Of a DNA stretch of 64,000 nt, positions 24,769 to 39,096 are shown in pieces. Made by a program: the position numbers and the translations under genes. Source of the DNA: Trichosphaerium sp. ATCC 40318. Lineage: Eukaryota; Protista; Tubulinea. The stretch is taken from positions 496,001 through 560,000 of the forward strand of contig JALMLS010000064.1 in NCBI GenBank assembly GCA_038496445.1, in the 5' to 3' direction. Within the stretch, counting starts at the first letter, position 1, and the number at the start of each line of letters is the position of its first letter. Under the pieces are notes generated by a model, which saw only the letters and a list, made by a program, of their open reading frames with translations, did no database searches and had not been told where the DNA came from.

Positions 24769-27700
24769 ATGGCGGATAGACCTCCGAACATAAATAGAGG
24801 TGCCAAACCAAATGAAAGGCCAAACGGACCGCCAAAGGTGTGTTGTAGTGCTTGTAATCACTTCTAAAAAAGGTCCTGTCAATGAATTAACACATAAATG
24901 TCTGTAGCGCCCTCCTACAGTAAATAGAAGAGCTAAACCAAAAGTATCCGGGCCAATTAAACGTAGAACGCCGCGTAGGCCAAAACAACGTACTACGCCT
25001 TCAAAAGTAGGTGACCCACCTGTACACATAATTTTAACGCGTGACTGTTCGTAACTGTAGTAGGCAAATGGAACGCCACCAAACGTTCCAAAACGCAATG
25101 CGCAGAGCCCTAAACGATCACCACCTCCTACAAGTGTTGACACTGAGAATGATTTCTACCAGGCACGACCCGATACACCTCTCCAGTTTTTACAACCACC
25201 ATTGACAACTCTCAGCCTCCAACCGAAGTAAAAAAACGTGCTCCTCCTCCTGTAGGCGCCCCAAAAACCCCGAAAAAGAAACCAAACAGACCAGCACCAA
25301 GACCGGGTATACCACCAAATCCAAACAGAGCGCACAAGCCGAAATCCTATGGAAGAGGACCAAAAAAGCGCAAGTTACTGCCTAAAAGACCTAAAAGCAA
25401 ACCAAAAGGATTTAACAATCCCCATAATGGCAAAATCCGAGTTAGTACATTTTTTTATTCAATGAAATTTGACTTTACTGTTAGAAGGTTGGAACAGGTA
25501 AAAAAGTTGGTCCAAAGAAGCGTAGATTTTCAGGAAAGGGAGGTAAAGCGCCACTCAAGAAGCAGAGTATATACAAAAGAGCTATGGCCAAGAGTGCACC
25601 TCCTAAAAAGAAATCAATAGTAAAGTCAGCAAAGCGACCACTTACCGCTACTGCACCTACCAATGGCACTATAAAATCTGTAACAGCTCCTAAGGGACTT
25701 GGTAATATCATTGCGAAAGGCCTACCAATGGCGAAAGATGAGAAGGTGCCAGAAACAACTGATGAACCAGTACCAAAATCTGAAGTCCCTAAAACGTCAT
25801 CTCTTACAGCTCTTTTGGATTCCAAGCTTGATCTAAGAAGCCCACCCCCGCGACCAAGCGAACCTGTCCAAGAAACACAAGATCCACCACAATCAGATGT
25901 GTCTGTACAACGAAGAATAGCACCAAAACCACCAACGGGGGCGGTATCACAAAAAAATGCACTAACAGCTTTTTTGGATAAGTCAGAAAAGAGCGCTGAT
26001 CAATCAGGCGACAAGAACTTATCTGATTCTCACAAACAACCTGAACCAATCGTCCCACAATCACCTGAGGTACAAGATAAAGCACCCGAGCCACCAGATC
26101 TACCTACAGAACTAGAAGAAAAAGAAGCTGAAATTGATGCTGACTTTGTGAAACCAGAAGCCATAACGCCAAGCTCGAGTCAACCCTCTAGTGCCACTCC
26201 AGCAAGTAATAATCCGAAGCCATCACCGGTAAAGACGCCGAAGAGACCTCCGATGAGAAACAGACCCAAAATGCCTTCACAGGCTAGTTCAACAAAGTTT
26301 TCGTCGCCCAAAGGGCTAGCAGCAATCATAGCTCAAGCAAAAACCCCAACACAGTCTCAAGACCCCCCACCTACACCGAAAACAGTCAATCGAGCTCCAT
26401 CACCAAAGAAGGCTCCAGGAAGACCACCACAAAGACCTTCAGCTAAAAACCGAACACGGCTTTCAGTCATTAAAAAAAAACGTTATGGAAAGTTTGTACC
26501 ACCAGATGAGCCACTGCCTGTGCCGCCAAGTAAACCACAACCTAAGGTATCCGCTGACCCAAAACCTGAGATATCCCCAAAACCTGAGATATCCACTGAA
26601 CCCCAATCCGATCCTGAAGAAGAACCACTACCAGCAGTACCGTCTTATAAACCACCACCTCCTGTAGCACGTGTTGCTAAGCCAGTAGTTCCTGCTGTAG
26701 TACTCGATGGAGATGATGTTAAAACAGACGAAGAACATGATGATAGTCGCCGTGGACGCTCTCCTACACGCAAAAGAAGTATGGCTGTAAATATGAGAAA
26801 CTCTCAAAGCAGATCATCCTCTCCAAATGAGCTAAGAAAATCTATTGGTCCTCCTATTAATAGATCATCACAACCACATGTGTTGGCTGAGGCTGGATCT
26901 CCACCGGCAAGTACTACATTAGTACCGCCTGTAAATCGTTCGTTGCAACCGAAAACACTTGATAGTCCTTCAAGGAGTGCACCAGCATCCCCTAGAGGAA
27001 CATCACAGCCGAATTTACAGGTGAAATCGTAAGTTTCTTTTTCGTTTTTTTTGTTTTGGTATTCACTTTTTTTTAGACCTCCTACAGGTAAAGCCCAGCA
27101 TCAATGGGCTGTAAAGACTTTCGGTGCTGCTACTTTTTGTTATTGTTGTGGAAAGTTCATCAAAGGATTATACAAACAAGGGTTTCAGTGTAAAGGTACT
27201 TAGTCGCAATCTTAGCATGTAAAACGAACGCACAGAAAATGACATTTTATTAGTATGCAGAGCACCTATACGTAAGAAGTGCTATGCTGCAGGAACTAGT
27301 TCTGATTGTTGTGGAGAACCGAGAATATGGAATGGTAAAACAAGTCAACCCGTAGGAGCTGAATACTGGAAACGACATGGTACGTGGCTCACTTAAAAAC
27401 AAAACACAAAAAAAAACATAAACAACTAATTTTTTCTGAAGCCGAAAAGCCACCTCCGCCAACAACGGTTCAAGTCGCACAAAAACCTAAACCCAGGCCA
27501 GAGGTTAAAGCGGGAAGGGGAGCGATGAATAGACCTAGAGTGAGTTCATTTAGTAACACCGAAACAGGAGAAGTTGAGACAGTTGTAAGTGCTTTATTTT
27601 ACGAAAACCTGAAAAAAAAGGAACAGAACAAACAAAAGTTTTGTGTTACTAATTTTTTTTTTCACAAGGTTATGCTTCCTGGTCAAGGTGGAACTGTAAG

Positions 27701-28444
27701 AAATAAGGATATATCATCTCCAACACGCGGATCTAAACCACAGTCATTCAAACCGAAAAAGACAGCTATAGGTGTAGGAGAGACAGCCGGTACAATAGAG
27801 GTACGAATTTGCCTGGTTGATTTTTTTTTTGTTTTTTTTTTTGCTTTAGAAAAAGCACTAAGAGTGTTTGTATTGTAGGCTGTTATTATAGAACAGATGG
27901 AGGAAGAAGGCCATCAAGGATACAAGGCGCATATAAGAGGTGTTAAACAAGAAGGAGAAACGCTTAGTAGCAAGAAAAAGTCGATTGTTATGTATGAAGT
28001 AGAAGTAAGCAAAGGTGGGGGTAAACAATGGACAATTTTCCGTCGTTATCAGCAATGGTATGTTTGCCTTTTCTCCTTTTTTTTTCACTAAAAATAGTCA
28101 CGTGAATCTCACTTTGTGAGGTCACTACTTACCAACTTTTTTCCTCTCGGGTGTCTTCTTAGTGTTTTTGTTTTAGGTATGACCTTGATAAAACGCTCAA
28201 ACGGCGTGGTTTCCTTGCAAGTGATTCATTCTTTCCTACAAAACATCTAAAATCAGAAACAAAAAATAGGTTTTTATCACTTGCAAACAAAAACGATGCG
28301 AACTATGTAGTCCAAAAAAGACTAGGTGAGTTAGAAGAGTGGCTTCAAAGAGTGATTGTTATAAAAGCTATACATGATAGCCCACACTTCTATACATTCA
28401 TAGAGCCAATGCAACTCGGGGATAAAAAACCCCCTAAGAAGTGA
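24769..28444 (+). CDS. Large Pro/Lys-rich protein with C1 zinc finger and C-terminal PX domain
   Basis: Long Pro-rich exon 25584-27020; C1: HQWAVKTFGAATFCYCCGKFIKGLYKQGFQCKVC; PX: VMYEVEV..WTIFRRYQQWYDLD..FPTK..KRLGELEEWL. N-terminal exon boundaries approximate. Confidence 0.8.
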
Positions 28445-28799
28445 TTTCAAACATTTTTTAAGAGATTTCGGGCAAATCCGAAATCGAACACCCTGGCCTT
28501 CACACTGACCTTTTTTCAAAAAGACTTTCAGTCTACCGTTTATTTTGTTATGTCAGTGTATTGTAAATACAAAAACGGGCAAACATTGTACAATAGAAAC
28601 AACAACCCAAAAAAAAAGACGATTTCAATGAACTTGTTTTTTTTTAATTCGTCGTGAGTTTACAAAGGAATACAGTTCTTTTATATAACCTTCGGGTGTA
28701 TATTTGTCCGCTTGTGTAGGAAAGCAGTGAGTTCAGGCTGAAATTGCGGAATTTCGTCGTAAGTCAACAGTAAAATACTCTCAAAACCTTGTACATACG

Positions 28800-30874
28800 A
28801 TGCTATCTTCATTTTGGGGACAAACACCAGGAGCCACCTCATTAGCAGCTGGTAACGCATCATCAAATTTTAGAATGCCACAACAAAGCGGTGATGGAGC
28901 TCTATGGCTCAAATTAACAGGCACTGCAGCACTTCTATCTGCTGCTGCGGGAGTTGTTGGCGGTTCTATGCTTTACAATTACTTCTCTGGGACCACACAG
29001 GGATTTACAAGCAAGATTAAAAGTAATGAAGCGTGTCTGCTGTACAAAAGTGGGTTAATCGAAAGCCTTTATGTAAATAGTCTCGAAGGTACGTTATATT
29101 TGATTATACGCGTCCAATCCTAATAAACTCAAGCCAACGACCCCAACGAGGACACTTACGCTCAACTCGCATTTAAAAGCGACAATGGCACAGAACACCA
29201 ACTATTCGCAGTGTATGATGGCCATGGAGGTCGTAGCGCAGCCAAATTTTGTAAACAGGTACATTTTACTAAAAATGTGTTAAAACCAAAAATACGAAAT
29301 CCAAGCCCACTAATTTACTGTAGGAAATGTTTCATTTCATAGCACACAGGCTCAACGCACTGGAACAAGCAAAAGATAGACTATTCTCGAAATGCACAGC
29401 TCCAGAAGCAAGAGCAAAACTAACTTCACAATTTAACGATGCTGAAGTTGAGCTTGTAACTAGTGTATTGTCTGGAGCGTTTTTAGACTGTGATTTACAT
29501 TATCTCAATATGTACGTTCTTGTGGCAAATAACAAAACATTACTAAACTTTGTTTAATTTGTTTTTTTTTCTATTTAAGGGTTTTTACGCTTTGCGTTTA
29601 CGTTTAACTTGTAGATCCATTTTAACAGCTCTTGTTGCTGGTAAGCTATCACTAGATTGTACAGCTGGTACATGTGCGCTTGTAGCTCATTTTGATATAA
29701 AGAAGCAGAGGTATGTGTTTGCAAATGAGTTCATTATTTTTTTTTAATGTTTTTTCCCTCAGAGTTTATTTTGCGAATGCTGGAGATTGTCGTGCAGTAC
29801 TATTTAAACAAAAAGGAGACGCTTGGGAGAGTGAAGAAATGACAGTGGATCAAAATACTGATAATCCTGATGAAGTAGATCGAATACGACAAGAACATAA
29901 GCAAGATCAACGCGTAATACGTATGGGCCGTATAAAGGTAAGAAACCTTTTATTGGAATTCCGACTACTCGCTTTACAAGGTAATAATTTTTGTTATAGG
30001 GTATCCTAAGACCAACTAGAACTATCGGTGGAGCCTTGCTTAAGACAGCAGTCGCTAAAAAATTTGTTGCCCAAGTACGAACTTTTTATCCACAAAAATC
30101 CTCTCACTGATGATTTTAACCATTAGAACGTCATTTCCTCTCCATGGCAACCACCTTATACAACAGCAGTACCAGAAATTACGCACCACGATATTACAGA
30201 GAATGATCGATTTATAATCCTCGCAACAGATGGACTATGGGAACTCATGTCTACAGACGAAGTATGATGGTGTAATCCTTTTTTTTTTTTTTTTTTTTGA
30301 GTTCAGTTTTGAGAATTCTCTACTTGTTACACAAAAACTAACTCTCATCGTTTCTCAATAGGTCCTTGGTCATGTTAACGAAGTATATGATGTTAAACAA
30401 AAGAAAAAAGTGAACTTGGCTACATACTTGATCCTTAAAGTCCTAGAACGAGCTGCGCTCACTTGGTCTCATTCTTCGGGGAAAGCATCTTCCGATATGG
30501 CTGATGTAGTACTAGATTCTCTTGTTGCTGCACCAAAAAGCACAAGAAGACGTTTCTACGATGATATAACTATTGTCGTACTAAATCTACGTACAAACGA
30601 GATGTGGCATGATAATATGGCTACAAAAGAACATCCTCCGACATCTGTTCTTTCTATGCCTGAAAAAGTAGAAGCAAAGTTTTCTTCAATGCCTACTGTT
30701 GCTCCAAGTATTGAGAGAACAGATGCTCTACGAGATATGATTCCAAAAGCAAAATTGATGAATCTAGTAGCAGAGTTTTATGAAGATTATACTCCTTCTC
30801 CTACAATGACTTGGGGTGATAAGAAGCTACCTTTATTCGCTTATTTAAGCTCTATTGGTGTCGGCGCTTCTTGA
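28800..30874 (+). CDS. PP2C-family phosphatase, pyruvate dehydrogenase phosphatase-like, probably mitochondrial
   Basis: ANDPNED, FAVYDGHGG, GTCALVA, YFANAGDCRAVL, LRPTRTIG, PPYTTAVPE, ILATDGLWE, RRRFYDDITIVV; N-terminal presequence-like segment followed by a hydrophobic helix. Confidence 0.9.
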
Positions 30875-31263
30875 TCAAAAATAAGTACTCACACAAACAA
30901 CAACAAACTCTTCTTTTTTTTTACCCCCTTTCTTGTAATGTAACCCTTTTTTTACTCGATTTTTCTTTTTTCAACAAGAAAGGAAAAGACTACGAATAAT
31001 ACAAAGCAACTGTACAACAGCCTTATTCAGATATATCTGGCTGTCAAAAAACCCCCTATACCAAATACTGTATAATACAAAAAAAACCAATATACTTACC
31101 TATCGCGAAGTGAAGAGTTTCAATTTGTTTTGCTAATACGTCAAGCTTTTCTGTGGTTGGTTGGTTGTTCGGTATTTTCCTTTTTTCTCAACAAGTTAAC
31201 CTTCAAACGCAATATTGCTTAGCTCTTTCCATTTTTGGTATATTGCACTCAATTATACCCGTA

Positions 31264-32833
31264 ATGAGCAGCAGTTCTTCAAGTTCGGCATGCGAGGAAT
31301 ACAGTATTGGCTCAAAACTGCCACCACCTATGCCAAGTCGAAGAACCCGCCGAAAACTGGAAGATTCAAACGCTGTACAGCGAGTACGTAGTTGTTCAAC
31401 GTCGAAACTTGTTTTTTTGTGTATGGGGAAAAAACGAAAAACATTTTCTTTATTGCCTGCTTTAACTCCACTATGGTTATGCTATTAAGCGTAAATTAAT
31501 TACAGTATAATGACTACATTTCTAGTTCCGGAGTAGAAGCAGGAGCAACTCACCTTCCCCTCCATCGAAGCCTGCAGTGCTTAAGAGGTGCTCTACAGTG
31601 CGTGAAAATGAAATTTAAGTTCTTGAACACGTCAACGTCAAACTTCTCGAGAAAACTCTAATGAGCTATTAGCTCAATCCACGCGCTGTTTCACCTCCAG
31701 TGGTTAAATGTAGAGACATGTTAGAGTACCGCGAAGAAAGTAAACGACGTCAAAGACGTTTTAAAGGTACTCAAAGCCACAATTAGTGCGTGCAGTGTCG
31801 TCTTGTTTACATTTACGTAAAGGGTTACGCCGTAAAGAGCGTACCAAGAACCGGATTCCTCCTTCACTCTCTATGGGTGATTTAAGTGGCTTAGACGAGG
31901 AAGAATCACTTCAAAGACCAAAATCAAGTACGTACAGACAAACTCAAAAGAAAAAGGAAAAAAAAAACTTTAAATGGAAAACGACGCAAAGAAACTCACA
32001 ACGACATTTCTAGGTAAGAAGACTTCATCAAAGCAGAAAAACAAAAGGTACAAAAAACAAAACCGAACAAGCGACTTTTCTTCTCTTCTGGAAGACGGCA
32101 TTTCAATAGAGATATTTGTATGACGTCATTCCAGCGAAAGAGCGAAACGTTGCCAAAATCAAAATTCTGGACACGTTGTCAGACTGGACACGCACTAAAC
32201 TGCGTGTTTCGGACTTTTCTCAGTTTGTAACGGGTCAAAAGCGTTGTTTTGGAAATCTCTAGTGAAATGACGTTATGCCGATTGACTGATAACGTTATAT
32301 TCAACATCGTCTAACATTGTTTTCTTAGGGAGAGATCACACTTTAGAAAGCTATCTAGATCCGTTTCAGTTAATCTACTAAAACAAAAAAAGTATTCAAC
32401 AACAAGAAGCCCTTTGAAACCATTATCAGCAAGAAGTAGGATGAAGGCAGATACAGAGCTTTTAGAATTTTTTATAGATTTCAGAGATAACAATCGTGTT
32501 TGCTCTTTTGTGCCTGGTGATGAGGATGAAGAAGTTAAAATACTACCTCCTGTAACACTTAAAGAACCTAAGACAAAGGTCAAGTCACTTGGAAGCCCAG
32601 CAAAGAAGAGACTACGCAGACGAGAGTCAGTCAAAGCAAAGTCACGCCAACCAAAAAATGCAACAAAAGATAGAACTAGTTCTCGACGAAGATCAAAGTC
32701 TGCAAGGCCGAAGGAACATAGAGACCGTGAATCTAGATCTAGCTCAGGTAAAGGTGTACGCATGAACTCAACGAGAAGAAGCAAGAAAGCGAGACGACCA
32801 ATACCTCCTCTAGTCGTTGATGCTACGGCTTGA
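31264..32833 (+). CDS. Uncharacterised basic Ser/Arg-rich protein
   Basis: Several exons flanked by GT-AG sites, low-complexity S/R/K-rich translation, no recognisable domain. Confidence 0.55.
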
Positions 32834-33051
32834 AAAAAAAAACCAAAAAAACCCCAAGTAATTATTGAGAGAAGGAAAACAAGCGTCAAAATTCCTCCAA
32901 ATTGTACATTTTGTAATTAAAAAAACCTCTAAATCATTTTTTGCACACCTTTTTTTCTTTACGGCACGTGATCATCATGTTTAAAAAAAAACCAAAAAAA
33001 GACTTCGTTTTCCGGTTTTTTGTATGTATTTTGAAACAGTACAGGCTCTTT

Positions 33052-35263
33052 TTACGCTTTTGCGGCACTCTCCGCCTAATGATAAAGGGTCAGTAAGTTA
33101 TGTATTTGGCGTTTTGATACCCTGTCTTTAGCCTCTTTTGCGATAGATATGACGCCCTCAAGTGCCTTGATAATTAATTAGAGTAATGTTTTGAAATAAT
33201 TTTTACCTCAAGTCTCCTTGCTTGCTTTTCAACCAGTGCTTGCAATTGCTCGTTTCTGTCTCGAAGAGCTGTGTTTTCACCAGTTAAACCACGTATCTGG
33301 AGGAGTAAACCTTGAACTTGTTCGTATAATGCCATCTCAGCTTCAGTCTGAGCTAAATCGCAAACAACATCCTGCAAGCTTGTAAAAGAAAAGTTCTTTG
33401 TATTCAAACAAGTTATGCTTAAGCGTACTAGAACATCATCTTGGAAACTGTTTACACTTGACCGAGAATGAGATGATTCTGTAGATCTATCCCGGACACC
33501 TCTTGTAGTAGGCGAAGCATCTCTATCTTTACGAAAACGTGGTGCTCTTGTTGGTTGTAAAGCAGGTTTTAGTGTTGGTTCTTCTTTCTTCACTTCCCTC
33601 TTGACCTCCTTCTTCACTTCTTCTTTCACTTCTTCTTTCACTTCCTGTGGTTCGTCATTGCTTGTATTTACATCAGTTGGTTCGTCTGGAGCGACGTTCT
33701 CTGTCTTGTTCTTGATAGGTGTCACAACAGTCGGTTTTACCTCTGGTTCTTTATTTTCAGGCTTTTTCTTGATAGGTGTTCTCTTTGGTGCTGTAACAAT
33801 CTCAACAATATCTTTCTGTGGAGGTGACGATGATAGTGGTTGTTGTCTCTTTTTTTGTGTTACTATTGTAGTTGTATTTGTTATTGGTTGTGTGGATGGT
33901 TTCTTTGGCGATGCTAGTTTGTTTGCAGCTCTTTTAGCGCTTATAAAATCCTTTATACTTGGTCTACTAACACTTGATTTTCTTGGTGTTTTTGGCTTTA
34001 GCGATTGTTGTACTCTTGGACTCAATGCCTTAACGAATCTATTGACATTGCGTTAGGTCGAGTCTTTGTATTTACTGGTCTTTTGCGTACTTGTCTCCAC
34101 GCTCTGGCCAGTTTTTCTTGTACTTCATAAGAATCTGTCTCGACACACGACGAACACCTGGGTGTGCATCTATAAGTGTTTCAGTCATCATACGTTCTAG
34201 TACAGTGCGCCATGGTTGCATTTCTATTGAGAAAAAGTTAACGAAGGATGACGATGCTATAATAGGTTTGCTTAGTTAGTTACTGTGTTTTTCGCACAGG
34301 ATTTCTTTCATATAGGTTTGGTAGGTGAACGAACAAACGAACAGCTTTTTTTTTATTTCGCGAAGTAAATTTCATAAACAGGTATGGTAAATCACGTGAT
34401 TATGAAAATTGGATTGCTCAAACTTCATAAATCCATGTTTTAACTGCAATCACGTGATGTTACCATTTCTTTCTTTGAATGTTCTTTATAAGCCCACGTG
34501 GAAAAAAGTGTACCTTTGCTTGGTTTTGTATCGATGGCGATAAATACATATTCAACACATCTATGGCGTAATGTCGCATTACGTTTATCCTTTGTACCAC
34601 CAACGATAACAGATATGATATCCTTGTTGAACTTACACGCACGTACTATCCTACCAACACATGCATGACTTGCTGTAGCTATAACCTCAACTATTGAAGA
34701 AAGTTAAAAAGTTACTCAACTAGCACGCTAGTTGTAAAAGCAAAAAAAAAGTTTTTTTTTTTCGGATTTTGTAAATAAAAATAGTACGTGCTTGATTTAT
34801 ATGTTTGTTTTAAGAGAGCTGGTAAGAAGAACTCTTTTGCTAACGGTTCGAAGTCTTTGTATCGTTCAGCCTTTTACGTTGTGAATGAACGCCGATAGGG
34901 GTTTAAAAGCGCGTACCAAATGTCCCACTACGTCTCCGGCTACCTTCACCAAAGAGGAACGCAAATCAGCGCAGCATTTCTACTCACAATAAGATACATC
35001 GCGTATACAAGGAAACTAGGCCCCGCTGGGCATTTTTTCTTTTCAAACATCTACTCACTTGTAAAAGCGGACAAAGTGAAACCAAATCCTCCCTGCTAAC
35101 GTCTGTGACTACATAGAATTACGTCAGAGCTAAATAAATAACAATCCCTCTCACCATCTATTTTCTGTAACCCGCTAACTCTTTTTTGCCAATTAGAGTC
35201 TGCTAATAGGTCATATATTTCGCGGGCATCTTTTTGAAGCTTTGGAATGTCGTTTAACAGCAT
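33052..35263 (-). CDS. Compact CLASP-type TOG/HEAT protein with basic S/P linker and C-terminal coiled coil
   Basis: Spliced N-terminus ADSNWQKRVSGLQKI..DLRSSLVKVA..FEPLAKEFFLPALL..RNATLRHRCVEY..DAHPGVRRVSR..WPERGDKFVKALSP matches a CLASP_N TOG pattern. Confidence 0.8.
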
Positions 35264-35479
35264 TTGGATCACGTGATTTTATGAAAATAAGTTTTTTTTC
35301 TTCGGATGAAAAAAAAAAATCGTTTAGTTTATCTTTCTCTTTTGGTTGACTTTCTGTGCACAAGAAAGGCAAGGTTTTAAAGTGAACAACGTACAACTTA
35401 TTTTTATCATAGGTTCAAATGGCGTTTACTGCTGTTTATGCCAAAATAGCTTAGAAATTTGTTTTCGCATGTAAAACTG
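35264..35479. promoter_or_regulatory. Short bidirectional promoter between the CLASP-type and KCTD genes, containing TCACGTGA
   Basis: Divergent ATGs at 35263(-) and 35480(+); TCACGTGA at 35269-35276; poly(dA:dT) tracts. Confidence 0.5.
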
Positions 35480-36938
35480 ATGAGTGAGCCCCGCAAACCA
35501 AAGAATAAATCAAAGGATAGGAATACAAATAGTGTTGTAGTTAAAAACTCACCAAAGAAACGTAAAGACGCTCAAAAGGTACTTCACGCATTTATTCTTA
35601 CCTAAAAAACGGATTTAGAAAGCATTTGGCGATTTTGGCAACGTTGTGGAATTGAATGTCGGTGGAAAGTGCTACACGACGTCTTTATCGACGCTATTAA
35701 AAGTACCGGATTCTGTACGTCCATCTCTCGACGCTGTGTGCTGAAACACACCAACATTGCTCTAGATGCTCGCAGTCATGTTTTCTGGGCGATACAACCT
35801 AACAAAAGACTCCCAAGGCAGATACTTTATTGATCGAGACGGAAAGTATTTTAGGTTTATACTCAATTATCTACGCGATGGTGACGTACTCATTCCAGGC
35901 ATGACATTGACATTTGCAATCATCACTAACTAGCCAAAAACAGACGACACGTTCATCAAAAAAAGCGTTATTGTCGAAGCACGCTTCTACGCACTCAAAG
36001 GTAACCATAAAAGCCGATTTCGGCGTTTTATTTCCCTTAAAAGGCTTCTAGAAGCCATAATTCTAACTTGTTTTATTTTAAGAGCTAGAAAAGCGTATAG
36101 CGAAGCAATTACAAAGTTTAAAGCCTATGAGGTTTGATTACTCACATAACTTTGATAAAAAAGGATTAATATATTGGTTGGGTACTCTGAAGTACCAAAT
36201 AAAGCAATTCATAAACCCTGGTAAAACTGGTACGTTTTAAACAACGTTGGCAAAAAAAAAAGACAAAGTTGATTACCGCTATTGTTCTGGACTTTCTTCG
36301 AAAGGAATCGCTTTGATTCACCTTTATTCTTTAGGGAAGGTTATCGTACAGTCTTCTGGATTATCTACTAGTGGGCGTGGAGGTAATATATCATTAACAA
36401 GACGGGATTACGATTTTATTGGCAGAGATTCTGTTTTGTTGTACACTCATCCTATGCCGTTTTCCTGGTTCTCCGTTGATTTTACACCTATTAATTTACG
36501 TATTCTACCTTCTCACTATACACTCAAACATGGATACGATATCCCTGAGCACTTCTTACGTCACTGGGACTTCCTTGGGAGCAAGGATGGAGAAAATTGG
36601 GTTATTTTAAAATCTCATTCTTCGGATGCAAACTTGAGAGGACAGGGTTACTCTACGCATACATGGAAGATTGATAATCACGATAACCAAGTAAGTACAT
36701 ATTTTATGGTTTGCTGAAATTAATGTGGATACTTCTAGTACTACAGTCATTTTCGGATTCGGCAAACAGGTAAGAGATTTTTTGTTGTTTTTTTTATGTA
36801 ATAGCTTTAGGCGTGAATTCTTCGGAAGGTCATCACTTAGTTTGTTGTGGATTTGAGATATATGGTGACGTATATGAAATGATAGACCATGATAGCGATG
36901 ACGAAAGTGGCCAGGATGGAGAAAACAACAAAATGTAA
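35480..36938 (+). CDS. KCTD-type BTB/tetramerisation domain + discoidin (F5/8 type C)-like domain
   Basis: VELNVGGKCYTTSLSTL..SMLAVMFSG..YFIDRDGKYFRFILNYLRDG; C-terminal GLIYWLGT..SWFSVDF..PSHYTLKHG..LRHWDFLGSKDGENW..GFEIYG. Confidence 0.9.
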
Positions 36939-37811
36939 TTTAGAGACTTGAAATAAAACAAAAACGAAAAAAATAAACAAAACATCAACAATTTGTAAAT
37001 ACGTTAGTGAGTTTCAACTACTACGTAAGGGTGCTAACTTTTTTCATTGTAACATCAACGAAATAAAGTGGATGCAGGTGAACAAGTACCGTCCTATTAC
37101 TTTCGTCTCGGGTAATACCCAAGTGAAGTGCCCTTTGGTGAACCGTTTTTTTTATGTACATCTTTTTGTTAAGTTCACTGTTACTTAGGCGAATATTATG
37201 CTCTACGGCCCTTGGTACGCGATAAGTATAACCGCATACTGTTGTATTTAGCTATACCAACGAATGACACGCTAACACTTGCGATATTATGTAAACACAA
37301 CTGTTCACTATTCACAAAATAAAGCAGAAATCTTTTGTTTTCCGCAACGCTAGCGAAGCCCTTTTATTTCTACAAAGTTGCAGTTTTTGTAAAGGGAAGC
37401 TAAGCCTTAAACTGCCAAAACAACCCGAAGGAAGTTCCTTTTTCACCACAACACAAAAACATCTTAGCAACCCTCAAACCGCCTATTGCAATAATCTGTA
37501 TTTTTTCCTTCTGAATCACGTGATTTTTTCCGCATTTCGGAAAAACGCTACTAGCGCCACGGTTTCAAAGACAGCTTCAACGGGAACCGTTTTACGCGAA
37601 ACTAAGTACCCATCACATTCTGACATGAACCTTTGTTTTCAAATCAATTACAATCTTTGAGTTTGTCTGGTAGCCGAGGATGTGCGGACAGAAACACTAC
37701 CCATAAACAGCCTCATATTTTGCCTTTACTTGCAGTGACTGCTTTTTGTGAACACGGAATTCTAAGCTGCAAGTAACTTCCGACTAACGCCTTATTTCTT
37801 GCCTCTTCAAT

Positions 37812-38809
37812 ATGGCGCGCTCAAGGAGGCGCTCTGGGGCTTATACGCCGGTAAAGGGGCCGACCTTTTCTTATATCAACGAAGATACCATCGACGACGA
37901 TTTAAAGTGTTGTATATGCCACGATCCTTTTACAAACCCTGTTTTTCACTCACAATGCGGTACTACCTTTTGTAGAGGTTGTGTAGATCAAATAACCACT
38001 AAAAAATGCCCTCAGTGTAGAGGATCTCTTATACGTACGTTAACTAGCGTAAAAAACTCCCGCTCCATTTAACTGCCAAAGTTAAATCAACTAATAGGCT
38101 CCGGGCGCGCGTCAGCGGTAAACGTACTGCCAAACCCCAAGGTTACACACAATTTGGTGAACAAACTGTTGGTACGATGTGACGCCTGCGAAAAAACGTT
38201 TCCAAGGTACGACAGCGCGTATTTAACGCGTCTAACGTATATACTCAGAGAACAATTCGAACATCACGTAAAAAAGGCCTGTATAGTAGCCAAGGATCAA
38301 ACAATAGCAGAACAAGCACGAAGGATAGCTACTCAATCAAAAGAAATATCAATGCTTCAAGCACAGCTTGAGTCGTCTCATAACATGCGAGACACTCTTG
38401 CAAAGCAACAATCAAGCCTACTAGTACAAGTAGAACAGTTAAAAGAACGCAATGAGAAATTACAGAAGATTATAACATCAAAGCATTCAAACTCTCGTAG
38501 AACATCATCTAGGCGTCATCCTTATGTTCCAAAGGATTATCCACCCATCAACTTTAACGAGCAAAAAGCATCATCCAATATCGGTGCTTTTCAATTTCGT
38601 GGGTTTGATAGCGCATTAACTACACCAGACATATCACAACCACCACAACCACAACCAAAGCCACAACAGCAATCACAACATCAAAGAACAGGCTCTTCTG
38701 CTTTCCATTTCAGCGACCAAAGTCGTTCCAAAAGGCAAGCTTTTCATGTTTGTTTTTCGGTCAATCTCCTTGTACTAAATGTTTGTCATAGGCCTTTGAT
38801 ACGTGGTAA
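37812..38809 (+). CDS. TRAF-like RING finger protein with zinc finger and coiled coil
   Basis: DLKCCICHDPFTNPVFHSQCGTTFCRGCV..CPQCR; LLVRCDAC..FEHHVKKAC; heptad-rich segment. Last exon AFDTW* (unspliced stop at 38840). Confidence 0.85.
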
Positions 38810-39096
38810 CCGTACTAGATCAAATCTAGGAAATTCTTGATAATTACAGCATCATTGAGAATAGTAATCAAAGAAAAATGTATAGTGTAAAGTATTCTGT
38901 TTAAGTACAAAGTTGTGTGTATGAATCTTGTATCGGAAAAAAAAAAAATGAAAAGTTCAAAAAAAAATAATAACCACCTTTGAAACGTGACCACAGGCTC
39001 AATTCTCATTCCATCCCTTAGAAAAACGTTACCATTTATTACATGTCTTGTTGTAGTGAAGTACGGACGGACATTACAGTCTTTGTTTTGCATACA

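Noticed and set aside
30278-30298. Long poly-T run
   Set aside because: Intronic homopolymer typical of this genome, not a retroposon tail (no target-site duplication or element body).
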